This document shows positions 45,349-58,953 of a DNA stretch of 64,000 bases, piece after piece. The notes beneath the pieces are model-generated. The model worked only from the letters and a program-made list of their open reading frames with translations. It ran no database searches and was not told the DNA's origin. A program made the position numbers and the translations under genes. Each line of letters starts with the position of its first letter. Positions within the stretch are counted from its first letter, which is position 1. This DNA comes from Klebsormidium nitens (taxonomy: Eukaryota > Plantae > Klebsormidiophyceae), in assembly GCA_000708835.1 (NCBI GenBank), contig DF236989.1:62001-126000 (forward strand), in the 5' to 3' direction.

Positions 45349-48300
45349 TCACAAACGTTTCTGCACAATCTCCTCCGATGCCTCCCACAGCCGAGCTGCT
45401 AGGGCCGGATCATCAGCCACCGGATTCGCAGCCCTGACCTTTCCGTTTGCGATGTACCTACAACATGGAGGAGCAAGGCTTGAGGAGGGGTGGAGCAACG
45501 TTCTAAACCCAGCCGCTCTGAAACCGGAGCGCTCTCTCCGTAGAACAACTTGGACCACCTAGTAGGCTTCACAATATCCTCAACGACCCAGTTGCGAATG
45601 CCAAGGCGTACAGTCGGGCTCACATGACTTAGCCAACATAGCTGTAAACGATCCAAATTTCACTCGTCTTCACAACTTCCGTTCCAATGCGTTGGGCATG
45701 CAAGTGGACGCGGTCATTGGCGCCGCTTACTAAAAACAAGCAAAGCAAGGAAACAGCCTTACTTCCCGCCCACTGCGTCTTCAGGCGATGTGATGGCCAT
45801 CATAACGTCCTGAACGGCCTGCACATTACGTCATGCGAACTTAAAATCCCGGTTTCCGGTCCAGGAAATTGGAGAGGGAAAACTGATATATATTGTCGGC
45901 TTTTGCCGTAGACTTTGTCGAATTTGGGTTCCAAAAGTTTAATATCTGCAGAGTCCGGGCAAACTTCTCGAACCTTGACCCTAAATTACTCCATCTCCTA
46001 AAGATACTAATGTTAAAACCAACTATTATTTCTTCCCGACCGACCGACCCACCCACCCGTAAGGGGGGTGAACCGGAAATTGGGGATTGACTTCGATCCG
46101 CCTACCCAAATTCTACAGACAAAAACTCTCGTGAGTCCTGGCACAATGAACGCAGCTGTCCAGAGAACTCGCTCAAGGACACAGACATGCCTTTGGTGTA
46201 CTAACGATATCAAAACGTACGCCCAAACTTGATTCCACTGCATCCTTTTATTTACTGTACAATTTGGCACCTTCAAAACCCCTGGATTAGGCACCGGATA
46301 AACGACCAGCGGTCGGACGTGCTCCTGCGTCAACCTTGGCTTTGCGTCAGAACCGTAAAGTCTGAGCTCGATTTTGTAGCTGGAAACTGAGGCAGACACT
46401 GATGAGCTAGCTTACCTGTTCCGGTGTCCGTAAAAAGGCGGTATAGACAGGGTTCAACACTGGACGTAAACAAGACTGAAGGGGTCGTGGAAGCACTCCG
46501 GTGAAGAAGTTCCTGCAGGTATTTGACGCCGTATAGGGAGGTTGAGTGCACAAGCATCAAGAGGGAAAAGAACGTGGGAGGAGGGTAATGTTCTGCACAA
46601 GACTTACAGACGGACGAAGCGGGAACCAAGTAAGAACAAGACGTCTGGCAAAAAGCTGACCATCAACAGCTAATCTCACCTTGCGAGTTCTGTGTCAACC
46701 AACCCTGGGTGCACGCTCACCTGAACAGCACCGAACAAAATCTCGTGAACGTCGGGTTAAGGTATCTTGCTAGCGCGAAGGGCTTCCAAACCACTGCAAA
46801 TCGACGGTCAAGTCGATCCAGGGTCAAGACAACAGCGTGCATGCCTTCCCCAGCATCACTTACCGCACTGACTCCCTCTCTATTGTATCGCCGCTGTATT
46901 TCCTTTGTAGACAGCACTATCGCCAGCTTAGCCTGCACAGCTCAAAAAGCACGTGAGATGGCAGTTCAAGCCAGAAGAAAGTCCTCGAAGGGAGCTCGAG
47001 GTGGAAGTTCGACGACGAAGCACGGACCAAGGATGGGAAAGTCTCAACGCTCTTGTTGAAACGTGAGTGCAGGCAAGCTTTTCATTTTCCAGAGCGGTGG
47101 TCCACTTGATAAAAACGTTATGTATGTACTGATAATAATACAAAGTTCCAATGATTATTATTACGATATCTAAAATATGTCCACTGAGCCAGCAGCCGAT
47201 GACGGACCTGTCCATAGCAGGCGAAGGGCCAGTACTTCTTTTCGAACTGCAGGTCGTCAAACCAGATGTGCCCCCCCTGGTGCACTACGCTGGTCAGGTT
47301 GACAATGCGCAAAGGCCGCACCGCCTTCCCGCGCACGCGCGCTCCTTGCCGCTGTTCGAGCAGCTCTCGTGTGAGCTGCCAATGCGACAGGTAATTCACC
47401 TGCGAGACAAGGACAAGGGAACGGTGAATGGGGAGCGGTGATTGTAAGGGGGCGGACGAGCGCGAGAAGGTAAAAGGGCAGAGGCCAGACAAGAGTTAGC
47501 GCGAAATGGCACTTTGTACCATCTGAAGAGCTTTACAGGCCTAGCTTCGGTGGACCCGGTAGGATAAGTGGGCGGGTTGCAGGCACTATGCAATATCAAT
47601 AAGCATGTTCAGATGTTACATGCATACAAGCAACGAAAGCCAAAACGTGTGGTTCGCGTCAACTAATCAATTCCTTTTTTCACAATGATCGACCTGTAAG
47701 AGAGGAAGATCACTTGTCCTTGGCAATTAGAGGCAAGAATGGTTTTTGGAAGACTTCGCCCAAATGATACCTTCAAGACCATGAAGCTGGTCCTAATGTC
47801 ACATGAAGCCTTCGCCGAAAAAGTGGCAATCGCTTCGCAAGCATGCGCACCTGAAATTGCGCTTCTAGCCCGTCCTCAGTAACTATCCTGTCTGGCGGTG
47901 CCATCACTCCTGCGTTGTTGACCAGGACGTCCACCCCCAGCCCTCTGCGTGCGTACTCGTCCGCAAAGTGGTGCACGCTCCGCAAAGATGACAGGTCAAG
48001 CGACATGCTCTCCACAGGGCCCCATGTGTGCCCCTTCTTTGAAGCAGCGGCAGCCTTGGCCTTCAGTTCCTGGACGGCATCCTTTGCCCGCTCTGCAGAT
48101 CTACGTGCAGGAGGTCAACGCGTATTTAGAAATTGCATGGTAAAACTAGAGATGGCACCAGCATTTGAGGCCTTTCCTATGCAGGACAGCCCTGATTGCG
48201 ATTGAGTTGACGCACGAAAAGTCTTAGCTGGGCCATCAGGAGCTTTTGCAAATGTTTTACCAGAGAATGCGATCTTTGACCTTCATGGTTTTTGCATGAG

Positions 48301-49081
48301 TGCGACTGTCTTACCTGCAGGCGATGACCACATGTGCCCCCTGAGCTGCCAGTTGCTCAGCAGTCCCCTTCCCCACCCCTGCATTGCCCCCTGTCACCAC
48401 ACACACCTTGCCCTGAAGTGTAGTTGAAGTGTTTGGAGGCTTCCGTCGAATGTGATCGAGCACGTGCTCCCCGACATTCTGGCAGACCTCAACGGTTCCC
48501 TAAGAAGATGATTGAGGACTCTCATTAGCTTGTTGCGACCAACACGCTGCTGTAGCTGCTGACTCGAGTCAATCACCAGTACACAAAGAGTTCTTGAGAG
48601 GCATGGCTTACTGCAACCAGCAAGCAAGCAGTCATCGTTTAAATGAGACACGTTTGAGAAATGCCATCATAGTGAACGGCAGAGGCAAGCCGCTTCACAT
48701 TGCAAGTGCGGGCTAAGGTTGACAAGAGCAGTCTCAAAGATGTACCTAGTTTGATTCAAGGTGATAGTGACGAACGTTCACGAGATATTTGGTGCAAGCT
48801 TGTACATGTCTATTCTTCTGGTCCCTAAAAGCTGATGGAGACTGGCGCTGTGTTCACAAACACCACAACCGGTGAAAAACCTGATGTACAATTGATACTT
48901 TCAAGCCAAATGATGCAGCAACACTGTAGAGAAACAAGCACAGAGGCATGCCGTGATGTCGAATAGTCACCAAACCAATCAGGTATGTTGTTGAAGCTGC
49001 TATTTTCCACCTCTTGCCCCATCCCGGCTCTGCTGAGCCGCCGTTTTGGCCGTCAGTGCTGGAAGATGCTGCGGCCGCCAT
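45349..49081 (-). CDS. Classical short-chain dehydrogenase/reductase (retinol dehydrogenase/Tic32-like), ~9 exons
   Basis: LQGKVCVVTGGNAGVGKGTAEQLAAQGAHVVIACR (TGxxxGxG), LDLSSLRSV, DVLVNNAGVM, VNYLSHWQLT, RIVNLTSVVH, catalytic YGQ|AK, AVHPGLVDTELAR, and LAARLWEASEEIV*. Confidence 0.92.
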
Positions 49082-49766
49082 AGGTCTGCTGCAACTTCAC
49101 AATGTCAATAGGACGTGCCGCCACCACATGCCGGTACCGCCACCACCGCCTCCACCAAATGCCTAAAGCATCATCACACAACTCCCTTACGCTCTCTGAA
49201 ATCGTCAATATACCTATAAGCCTACTTCTACCTTCAAGTAGTTGTTGAAGATAAGCAACAACTATCTTCGAACCCTCCTTGCAGGTTCAACCAGCGCCAT
49301 ATTCCAAGCATGTAAGCAAGCAGCAAAGTCATGCAAGCAAATGCAACTTGCAGAACTTGCAAGCAAGAAAGAAGGGCTTCAAGCTCAAGTTCCAGAATCC
49401 AAGGTGCGCAGAAGTTAGAACTGCCCAGAGTTCCAAAATCATACAAAAATAGTCCCCGGGCCAATAACCGGGCACAATTCAGCCCTAATGAAAGGCCCGG
49501 TTCATCCCATTTCCATTTTTTCAGGCGCTCGAGGAAGAGTCCCTTGGTCCCCATTTTCCGGAGCCTGTTCACATTTTATCAGGCAAACGCGTTTTAACAC
49601 GGCCCATTTTGTACAATCACACTGATCGACAGACACAGATTGCCCCTACAACCCCCAAAAACGCAAAGGTGTCCACGGGCCGGTCAGTCCCTCAGTCTGA
49701 TAATCGCTTGATCGACCATTTTCAACTTCAACTACTTCAAGCTCCCCCATGCGTGGCCCCTCTCTT

Positions 49767-49790
49767 CATACATACATACATACATACATA
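49767..49790 (+). repeat. (CATA)6 microsatellite
   Basis: Six perfect CATA units. Confidence 0.95.
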
Positions 49791-50932
49791 CTTCATTTAT
49801 AAGGCCGTAGCGGTGAAGCCATGGACCTGAGAATGAGTACACCTCTGTTTCGAGTCTCGACCTTCGGTTCAAAAAGTCACTCTACGGAGAGACTGCTTGT
49901 ACACTACACAAAAGTGACCGGTCACGACTGCATGCGCAAGCTACATACCAATGCCCAACTAAGCATCCAACTACACTATTTGTGAGGCTAGCCTACAACA
50001 TCATGGTCTTATGGCGTGGTCTGAGTTGTCGCCCAGTTGTCGTTGGCTTCATGTTGGGGATGCAGCTGCACGTCATGTCGGTACGGTAGTCATGTACGAT
50101 GGAGCAGCACGCTAGCACGCTTGTTGAGTAGATCTTTTTGGCCGGCAGTCCAGAACCCTCAACAGAGTTGTTGTGTACTTGTGAAGACCGGGATGGAATT
50201 GACCGCATGATACGTTCGTAAGTCTATGGGGCCAGCCACCCCTTCCGCAGAAGATGACAAACAAACTCTTGTATTCAGCAGCCGAGACCATTCGGGCACA
50301 AATGTTTTGGGTGGAATCTACTCCGAATCACTGGGAGTCTATGCCATGCGCTCAGTGCGATGCACAAAAATATACTCCGCAGAGGGAAAGTTTGGGGCCA
50401 TTAAAAACCCTCTTCAGGTACGCCCTGTTTTGTTGCGTCCGGTTTTTCAGGAAGAGGGAAAAGGTACCCCAGGGGTGCCTTTCCGTGCATAAATGGAGTT
50501 TTTCTGCGGCGTCACAAGAATCTGGTCGCATCATGGCAAAGAGCAGTGTGGAGAAGCCATTTGGGGGTAAATAGCATTTAAATTCCTCGGATGTTAAATC
50601 AACAGGGCCGACATTGGGCTGACACCGATGTCAGGCAGTGATGCATCGATGAAAAATTTGCGATATAAAATATGAGGGAGCGAGATGAGTTGCGGGACGG
50701 GTGATTGTGAATATATAGCGAATGGCGGTTCTTTTTGTTTGTTTCTGACCACGCTGTGTCAGTCCGTGATCTACTTGTGCCGTGTGTCAGTCGGCTAGTA
50801 TACAAATCGTCGAGGCAACGTCAATTTGCTGACAACGTATTATTCAATGTGAAATATCAAAGACTATCCTCAAGCATAACCATCTGGCCACCAAGACAAG
50901 CTTACCATATAGATGGGCTAGGGAAAATTATC

Positions 50933-51799
50933 TCAGAACTTCTTGTTGGTGCCCCAGCCCCAGTCAGAGGCCTCGAGACCCGCTTCGAGGAGCTTCAAAT
51001 TCAGCTGCTGGAAGCGGCGCATCATGAAGGACTTCGCCCCGGAGTTGGCGGCAACAAGGCGCCAGGTCCTGCATCTCGGGCCGGGGTTGATGGGGATGCA
51101 CTCCTTGAGGAAATCGCCCCCGACAGTGGTGATTGCGGCTTCCACGCCTGCGTCAGCGAGCGCGTCGAGCACGTCCGACTGGTTGGGGAAGAACTTGCTC
51201 AGTGTTGATGCTGCCATGGCGATCAGTCTTGCGTTGTCGGTGACCTGGAGGCGGCCAAGCCTGGCTGCAATGGCCCAGATTATAAAATGTGAGAAATCTG
51301 ATGGATCTTGTCGTGATGAAGATCGCCCGAAGATCGCAAGCTGTTTTTCTGAGACTTTGCTACTGGAAACAATCGGTTGGGTTATTCCGTTATTGATGGT
51401 GCTAGAAGCGTCGACTGGGTTGCCGCGCTTGCAAGCAATGCAACGCAAGCAATGCAAATTGTGTCCGGAGTAGCAGACAAGTGTGACGTATGTACGGCTG
51501 TATGTTCAACGTGCACGACTTGCAGAAACGGGGTCCGGAGTATGCGAAGCATATTGACAGATTACAAATGAGAAACGGTGAATATCGAGAGTGGTGAATA
51601 CCTGGATCTCTCGGCACACCGTTGTCGATGCCCGGGGTGTGGCGGCCCTGCTTGTTCGGGCGCTGCCAGTCGTTGATGAGCCCCGTGTCGAGCGGGCGCT
51701 TGATCGCGGGTGCGCCTTCGCCGAGGCCGTACGATGTGAGGCGGCCGAGGGCAGTGTCAGCTGCCCCTGCCCCCAGAGCGATGGCGCTGGGCTTGCCAT
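50933..51799 (-). CDS. Small two-exon hypothetical protein (~169 aa; exons 51799-51602 and 51244-50933) with a plastid-transit-like N-terminus
   Basis: S/T/A/R-rich first exon, phase-0 GT-AG intron, and a GC-rich coding-like second exon (VTDNARLIAMAASTLSKFFP...GWGTNKKF*). I recognised no family. Confidence 0.6.
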
Positions 51800-52719
51800 T
51801 CTGCTCGAACAAACTTGTAGATTGCACAAGTTGAGCTGTTAATGTGTTAGACGCCTCCTAGACGCCTGAAGATCATGGCCAACACCGTGTGCTGGCAAGG
51901 CACCACGCTGGAAGGTTTAGTGTTGCATCATCTGGCTGCGAAAAAGACAAGCACAAGGGGTTGCGCTCTAAGGTGATTATGTTTGTTTCCATTCATGGGT
52001 TCGTGCCCTTATCTTACTTCCTCAGAATGTCACAAATGGTGGTATTTTCACATCTTGGTCAACTGCAGGTGTAGAACTTCTGCATGCATGTTCAGTGCAT
52101 ACTTTGGTTTTGCAATGCTGTCAACTGGACCTTAAGGGCAGTCAAAGCACTTTGGATCCAAACCACTGCCATCGGGCATGCTGTTTCACTTGTTCTTGTT
52201 GTCTGCGATGTCTGGAAGTAAGGACTGCTTAGCACCATTGAGGAACTTTGTGTTCAGCTTCAAATTTCCTGGTACGAAACTTCCACAGATCCTGTTTCTA
52301 CACCACTTGAGATCGTGCTATGAAAGGGAGCTGTGCTTGTGCATCTATGTTGCCAAGTACTTTAGCCTACAGCTCTTGCTGTTCTTACATGCACTGACGA
52401 GCGCTATATTTATGATGCCGCACCGCTCCGATAGAACTTAACTGCATTGCCCCTTCTTAGCATGCCTGTGACACATGTTCCCTGGAACCCGGTTCTTAAC
52501 TCAGCTAGTTAGTACCTTACTGAGCACCTTCGTCGTCCCTGAAAGGCGTTCAAACACACTGGGTCACGCGTGAAAAGTTCCCCCGCGTGAGGCTGCTAAA
52601 AGTAGGGTGGTTTGGGGACCAAACCATACTTTCATTGGGAGGGTTCTTCTTGTTGGGTGACAATTGAGTTTTTGCGGGTGTCAACTCTCTTCCACATATT
52701 CACAGTCGCTACTTTCTCC

Positions 52720-55700
52720 ATGTTCAACAGATGCTCTAGTGTGTGCCCTGCTATTGCCACTGGCCATCGGCTTTGGTTGAAGGCTGGACCGCATCGATTG
52801 ACCAGGACAAGCGACCTTCAGCACCTCTTCCAAACGCAGCAATCAATGAGGCGCACCGGAGTGGCCAGAGCTGCTGCTTCTCCTAGGTGACTCGTTTGAA
52901 AAGGCATTTCCAAAACAGCTTCGAAGGTTGCCCGAAGGTTGCCCTTACTATGTAGGGTAGTAATAGCGGAAAACCAAATTGGAATAAGAATGTTCCGAGG
53001 GAATGCTTTGCGTGCATAGGCCATTTCTCTGTGACGCCTTACACGTCTTAACTCCTTGGTGGTCAGCGCCTTAGCTTGGCCATAACATGGTGTAAGGTAG
53101 TGCTTTATGTGCTGGAGATCTGTGTACAAAAGGCACCATGAGGCTCACAAGCATCGATTGTCCTCTCCGTTCACATGTTGAACCCTTTGTTTGGGGAAGC
53201 TGACCCTCTTTTCTGCTTACAGAGCTGAACTCAAAACGTATGAGGAAGCCCCTCCTAAAGATGGCCAAAGTCGGTGAGCTAGTGTCCTCCCCCCAATTCC
53301 CCCTTATGCCCCTGACGTCCTGTCTAGATTGTACAACAAGTGCACTCTGAAATGTAACACTCTACGGCTTCTAGTGTTTCTGCTTTACATGTGTGTCCCA
53401 TCCTGCATTTCGTCGACGGGGCTCCGTAGCAAGCAGACCGCCTCTTGGTGGAACGTGGGTCCGTAATCTCGAATCGTGCATGCTTGGTGGTTCATCGAGT
53501 TCAGGAACCTCTTCCGCAGTTCGTCCAGACAGGGTCCCTTAACAGTGTTCTCTTATTCATACAATTCCCTCTAAACTTCTCGTCTGCTCTTCAAAATCTC
53601 TCATCTGCCTCAAAGTCAACTCTAAAACAATCTTCAAATATGTCTGGTGCAGATTCTACATGAACCCAATGTGCCCGTATGCTCAGCGGAGCTGGGTTGG
53701 TGTCAAATACAAAGTGAGTGCCGAAGAATGTTTCATGAGTTTCGTTCCTCGCATTTCTTGCCATCAAACCTAAGGTTCGTCTTCGTAGAAGCTACGGTGC
53801 CTGACTGGCCATGGCAATGTCATGGCTACCTTGTTAGATAAGAGCTTCTTGAGCAACGGCCGTTTACGTATCTAGTGTGGCTGAAAAATATGCCGTATTC
53901 TTCCCCCGGATCAATCTGCAAAGAAGCGGATTGTGTAATTGAGCCCATCTTGACACTGCGTTGAACTTGAATCTCGTGCCGATTTTTTCAGGGACTGGAT
54001 AACGAGTTGGAATCTGTGGAGGTCGACTTGCGGAAGATGCCGCAGTGGTACAAGGACCTGTATCCCGTGGGCAAGGTAAGCCCGTCGGGAGCGGACTTAC
54101 AAACAGGGGTCTCAGGTGGCTCCATTGTGTAAGACTGTCGGTGCAAAAGCTGAGTCAAAAGCATAGTCGATGGATTTTCGTAAGACATGCTATCCCTTTG
54201 TCCATGACCCGAAAAGAGGGCCGAAGAGATTGGCTCTCCTGGACGACGCCGTTTGGAAGCTAGAACCGATGACGACGATGTGCATCAGTTTCCGAGGAGT
54301 TTCTGTAAGATGACCGGAACGGCTGAAGAAATCCTGAGGGCCTTCGTAGGAGTTCGTCGAAGTCTATCCTGTGGGGTCAGCGAAGTTAGTTCCAAGCGAT
54401 CGATTACAATATTGGTTAGCTCGTAACCTACTCAAGGTTTCCGAGCGTGGTCATGCGCCCATTTCAGAAGCAAGATTTGCTGAACCTTCTGACCTAATTA
54501 AAGTGTGTGTTTCAGTGGTCGAAATTCACGCTTTTATGGTTATCATGATTGTTGACGATTTCGGCTTGCCTACAGGTCCCGTCGATCGAGCACAACGGGA
54601 AGGTGACCGGGGAAAGCTTGGACGTGCTCAAGTACCTGGACACGCATTTCGACGGTCCGAAATTGGAGCCCGCTGTGAGCGTCTCGGACTCCATATGCTT
54701 TCTTGCTGTATAACCTGCCTCCTCTAACCCTCGTTTTTGTCGATCACCTATTTCCTCAACTCGGTCTTCTCGTGCCGCTGCCTAGGATCTCTCTCCGGTT
54801 CTCCCGACTCCCGATCCTGGTCTGCACGAAGGAAGTAATAACGCTGTTTTCTCGTACTTGACGCCGAGTAACATGCCACGTTTCTTCGGGCGCTCGCAAG
54901 TGCTCCCCTGGTGAAGCAATGGTGAGAGGTGCAAAAGATCAGCGCCGCAGGCAGGTTTTGCATGTACATATCCTCTTTATCACACGACTCCTGATTTCCC
55001 CGTTTCATCAGCGGAGGTCACTCTCTGAAAGCAGCATATTGGCGGAGCCCAACCGAACCCTCTTGAGAAGGTCGAGCAGGCACTTTGGGCCTGCTCTCTT
55101 GAAAGAGTGCTGTCCTCAACAACAGCCATCTCCTGAAATTATCACCAGCGACTAATACATCGAATCACATTTCTTTCGCCGCTGCGCACTTTGCCGGCTT
55201 CAACTTGGCACTTCACGTCGTCAATGACCACCCAAACTCCGCTCAGCAACCTCCCGCCGCGGAACCGGCGTCCGACGTTCCAGCCAATGGTGTGCCCCTT
55301 GAGCAGTTGGGCTTCTGGAGGCCTCTTCCAAACGCCTTTTCGCATCAAACACGAGAACCTCCTTCTTTTGCAGTCTAAGGAGGATCGAGTCACCGTACAA
55401 AAGCTCGTCGAGTTTTGCGACAGGGAGCTCGTCCCGCTTGGCTTCGGCACGGCGAGTATGAAGGACGCAGCGCCGCACGAGTACAAGAAGGGGATAAGTA
55501 AGCTCACAAGGCGATCTGTTCTGCTATCAAGGTGCATTTCCTGTATGCACCCGGATATATGATTTTGACCCCGCTGTCGATTGCCATCCGCGATGAGGGG
55601 GTATTCGAGCCCGTATTAGTACCTGGTCCCTGTCCCGGTACCTAACTCGTATGTAAAGAAATGGGTACCACAGTTCCTTCGCTTTGTTCGGGTTCGGGAC

Positions 55701-57873
55701 TCGGTTCCGAGGTTCAATAAAGGTCTGGGCTCCGAGCATGTTCGACTCTTCGCGTGTCGTAGTATAGGGCTTTGCTGCTGTTCCTGGGGTTCATATCGAG
55801 AGGCGACTATTCCGAGAGCACTTCAATGTCTTTTCCGGTCAGCTTTGGCGCGGCGCACGGGTACAAGGCGGGAGTGATTAAGGTCACGGTTGGAGTTGGC
55901 TCGAAAGGCTTTACTAACGAGTCTAATCGGCTTTGTGTGTTCCCTGCTGTCTTTATCTAGAATAAATGCTCGCAGCGAGTGGCTCTTCGATCAGCCTTCA
56001 AAGAGATGAAATCCGAAGGATTGTATTTCGCAGTATGCGGTTTGATGCACTTGCGATCTGTCGGCCGGTATCGGCTCCATCACAACCATCTGCTTTTGGA
56101 TTCCCTCCGAGAACTTTCACACCTGTGTGCAGAGCCGGTTCTCGACGTCTTGGAGCGCCAGCTGGAGGCCGCGGAAGCGGCGGGAAAGGGGCCATATCTA
56201 GTTGGTGGTTTTTCAACGGTGAGGTCGCGCATTGCAATTGCGAGCACAACCCTAAGACGCTTAATCTGGAAACTTTACAGGACCAGGGCAAATTGAATCG
56301 GGAAGAGGTGATTGTTCTTGTCTCTGTGTGCCGCACGAGGAGAGGAATGGCTTGACCGCAGGACGGGCCCAGAACATGTAAGAATAAGAATATGGTGGTC
56401 TATGGTTTCCTAACCGATCTCCAGGCGCTCACCGAACAACTAGGGACGCAAGCGGCGCGCTCGTCTCTCAACCGCTCCCGCGGCCTTTCAACCCTGTCCC
56501 TAGACGTAACCCAAGTGTCTGCCGCTATCCAAACCCTTGACCTCTGCCGCACGGTAAAGATCAGAATCTCGCTGCTGGTCGGGTCTGACACCCTGCCATA
56601 TTCGAACCCTTGACTCCACCCGTTATCTACGTCCTCATTCTTAATCGCTAACTCAGCTTTCGACTATCCGCAGGCGGATGCGGCGATCCTGCCCTTCCTC
56701 TGGCGCTTCCAGTTCATCTTCGAAAACTTCCGGGGCCTCGACCTCTTTGAAGATCACCCCCGGCTCGCAAAGTACTTTCAGGTGAGAGGCCGTGTGAGCT
56801 TTATGTCTGGACCCCTACTGGAATGGCCAAGCTCAGGGGTTTCTGGCCTGGTGGTTTTGGCTCATCGCCGTTCGACAAACCCTTGATCGACGGAAGGCAC
56901 AGTTCAGGCGAAGAGGTTGGACTGCTTTCCGCCTTCCGAAAGCGAGCCGAGGTTCACGAAAAGGAAGAGAATCGACCATAACTTTGTGGCGTTTTTCGGA
57001 GCAGAGTGTTGGCTTCTCTCTGCGGCTTCTCCGCACATTTGAAAACCATATGAAACTCTCAAAAGTAGAGGCTTTTGAGACGTCTGCCCAGACTCTTTTA
57101 CGAGATGGTGTACTGATTGCCCAATGTCACGTGATTGAAATGTTGGGTCGTGGCTTTCTTCGAGTTCAGATGAGGTGGGATCCTATTTTAGACAGGTGGT
57201 TGTTCATCGTCTTTCTACGAGCATGTGCGTGGTTCTGCGGCGTACTCAGGACCCTCTCCGAAACCTTCGCCTAGCCCTTTTGTAAGCATTGGTCCAAAAG
57301 TTGCTTGACATTTCGAGCTTTAACATTTGTCTTCGTACAAACATGGTCAACTCTTGCCTCATCATCCAGCACGTGGCGAGCCAGCCCTTTTTTACGGAAA
57401 CCACAGCGGACCGGGACCGCATGCTCGAGGCGTATACGTTTGCGCTGGTGAGGTTCGGCACGTCCCCTCATGCGCTTCATTTTCCTTTTCTGTAGATCGT
57501 GAGCGAGCAGCCGTTCTTTGCGGAGACTAAGCCGGCACACGAACGAATGCATGCCACGTACAAGACGTTCCTGGTGAGGGGTCGGGATCGGCGGAGGTTC
57601 CAAGATCTATCCTGCATAAGCTCTGTCCTTTTTTGGAAGGATCTGGGTACCCCTGTGCAGTGCATCGGTGTACGGGGCTCGTGAAATCGATTCTGCTGTG
57701 CACGTATGAGGATCCTGATTCACGGACTTCGCAGCTCATTCCCGAAAGTTCGGGTTGTGCTTGACGAGTAATATCGCATGTCAATCGGTGTGCAACTTTT
57801 TCTCTTACAGGACATGGACTACTTTGGCAAGATCGGGCTGGCGAGGAAGCCGACTGCAGCAGCTGCCTCATAA
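52720..57873 (+). CDS. GSTL: Cys-type glutathione S-transferase (lambda/omega-like), probable organellar transit peptide, with a duplicated penultimate exon
   Basis: DGQS|RFYMNPMCPYAQRSWV (active-site CPYA), MPQWYKDLYPVGK|VPSIEHNGKVTGESLDVLKYLDTHFDGP, KGPYLVGGFST|ADAAILPFLWRF, HPRLAKYFQ. Exon phases are consistent from ATG 52720. Confidence 0.9.
57370..57573 (+). other. Pair of paralogous 78-nt exons (57370-57447 and 57496-57573), candidate mutually exclusive exons
   Basis: Both are phase 0-0 with AG and GTGAGG sites. They encode HVASQPFFTETTADRDRMLEAYTFAL and IVSEQPFFAETKPAHERMHATYKTFL and are separated by only 48 nt. Confidence 0.8.
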
Positions 57874-58953
57874 AACAGTCACGTCCAGGAACAATCGGGT
57901 GTCGTCAGAAGATCCGATTGTATCTTGTAAAAATGTACATACATTCTTTGCTGGGCGGCACGTTAGTGTAGCGGGTTTGCAACGCTTGACATGCCAGTGC
58001 GCGTTGGAACAATTTCTACAGTCCAGGTATTTGGATTGAGACGCATGCGCGCGCGCAAGCTTTTACGTGAGTCTTTCGTAAGGGAATGACTTGAAAGCTA
58101 GGAGTTACTGTTTTGTGTTGTATTTGAGTAGACGCGTTTCATTGATTTACACCAGCGCTATCAAAGGGCCGAGCTTTGTACAACCATGGCAGAACGATCT
58201 GATGCAGCGCAAAGCACGGACCTGTATAGTGTAAAACGGACGGTTTTGGCCGCATCTGGGCATCCTTAGGCAATCCCGAGCATGCCACCAGTACGTCCGT
58301 ACGGTACAATTTGTTGGTACATACTGCACACCATGTGAGCTATCATATGGCCCCGACCATGTGTGGCTGCGCCAAAAGCTAGATCTAGCCATCCGGGCGG
58401 CCGCCCGTCCGTGACCATCACAACAAGCGCCTGGACGACACACGTCATGATCATGGCATGAGAACAATCACTAGTTATGGCATGTATGCAGCGCTAAAGT
58501 ATAATCGCCTGGATCACTCGCATATCTTGTGATGTATCATCAAAAAGCTGACTGGGCTGAGGCCGATAAGAAACTCGAGAGTACTAACATGCAAGCGCGC
58601 TGGCATCTGATGGTTGCTCACTTCTTTCTTGATCTGTGAAGTGCACTGATCCAACAGTGCTCCATGGCACAATGATGTAGCTGGACAGAGTGCTGCGCGG
58701 GACCGTCCTGCGTCTGGAGGACCTGAGCTCTAGAATGAGTCAGGCAACCCAGATTGAGGTTGTCTGAGGAAGGCATGCTAGAGTTACCTGGCCGTTTTTT
58801 TGCACTGCTCCAAGGCCCGACTCAGTGATCCGATCTGAAGATATCCCCTGCATGATACTGAGAAATGAAGCGATAAAAGCCTCAAACTCCAGGAACATAA
58901 AGAGGAAGAAAGGTAAATGTACAAGAGAATGTGAGTTCAGAGGCGCTTTTTCA

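Noticed and set aside
50226-50574. Overlapping short ORFs including CAQCDAQKY, a possible transposase zinc-finger remnant
   Set aside because: No supporting catalytic motifs, termini or consistent exon structure.
50943-51473. 176-aa plus-strand ORF
   Set aside because: It overlaps the minus-strand exon that has proper splice sites and a plausible leader exon; likely a shadow ORF.
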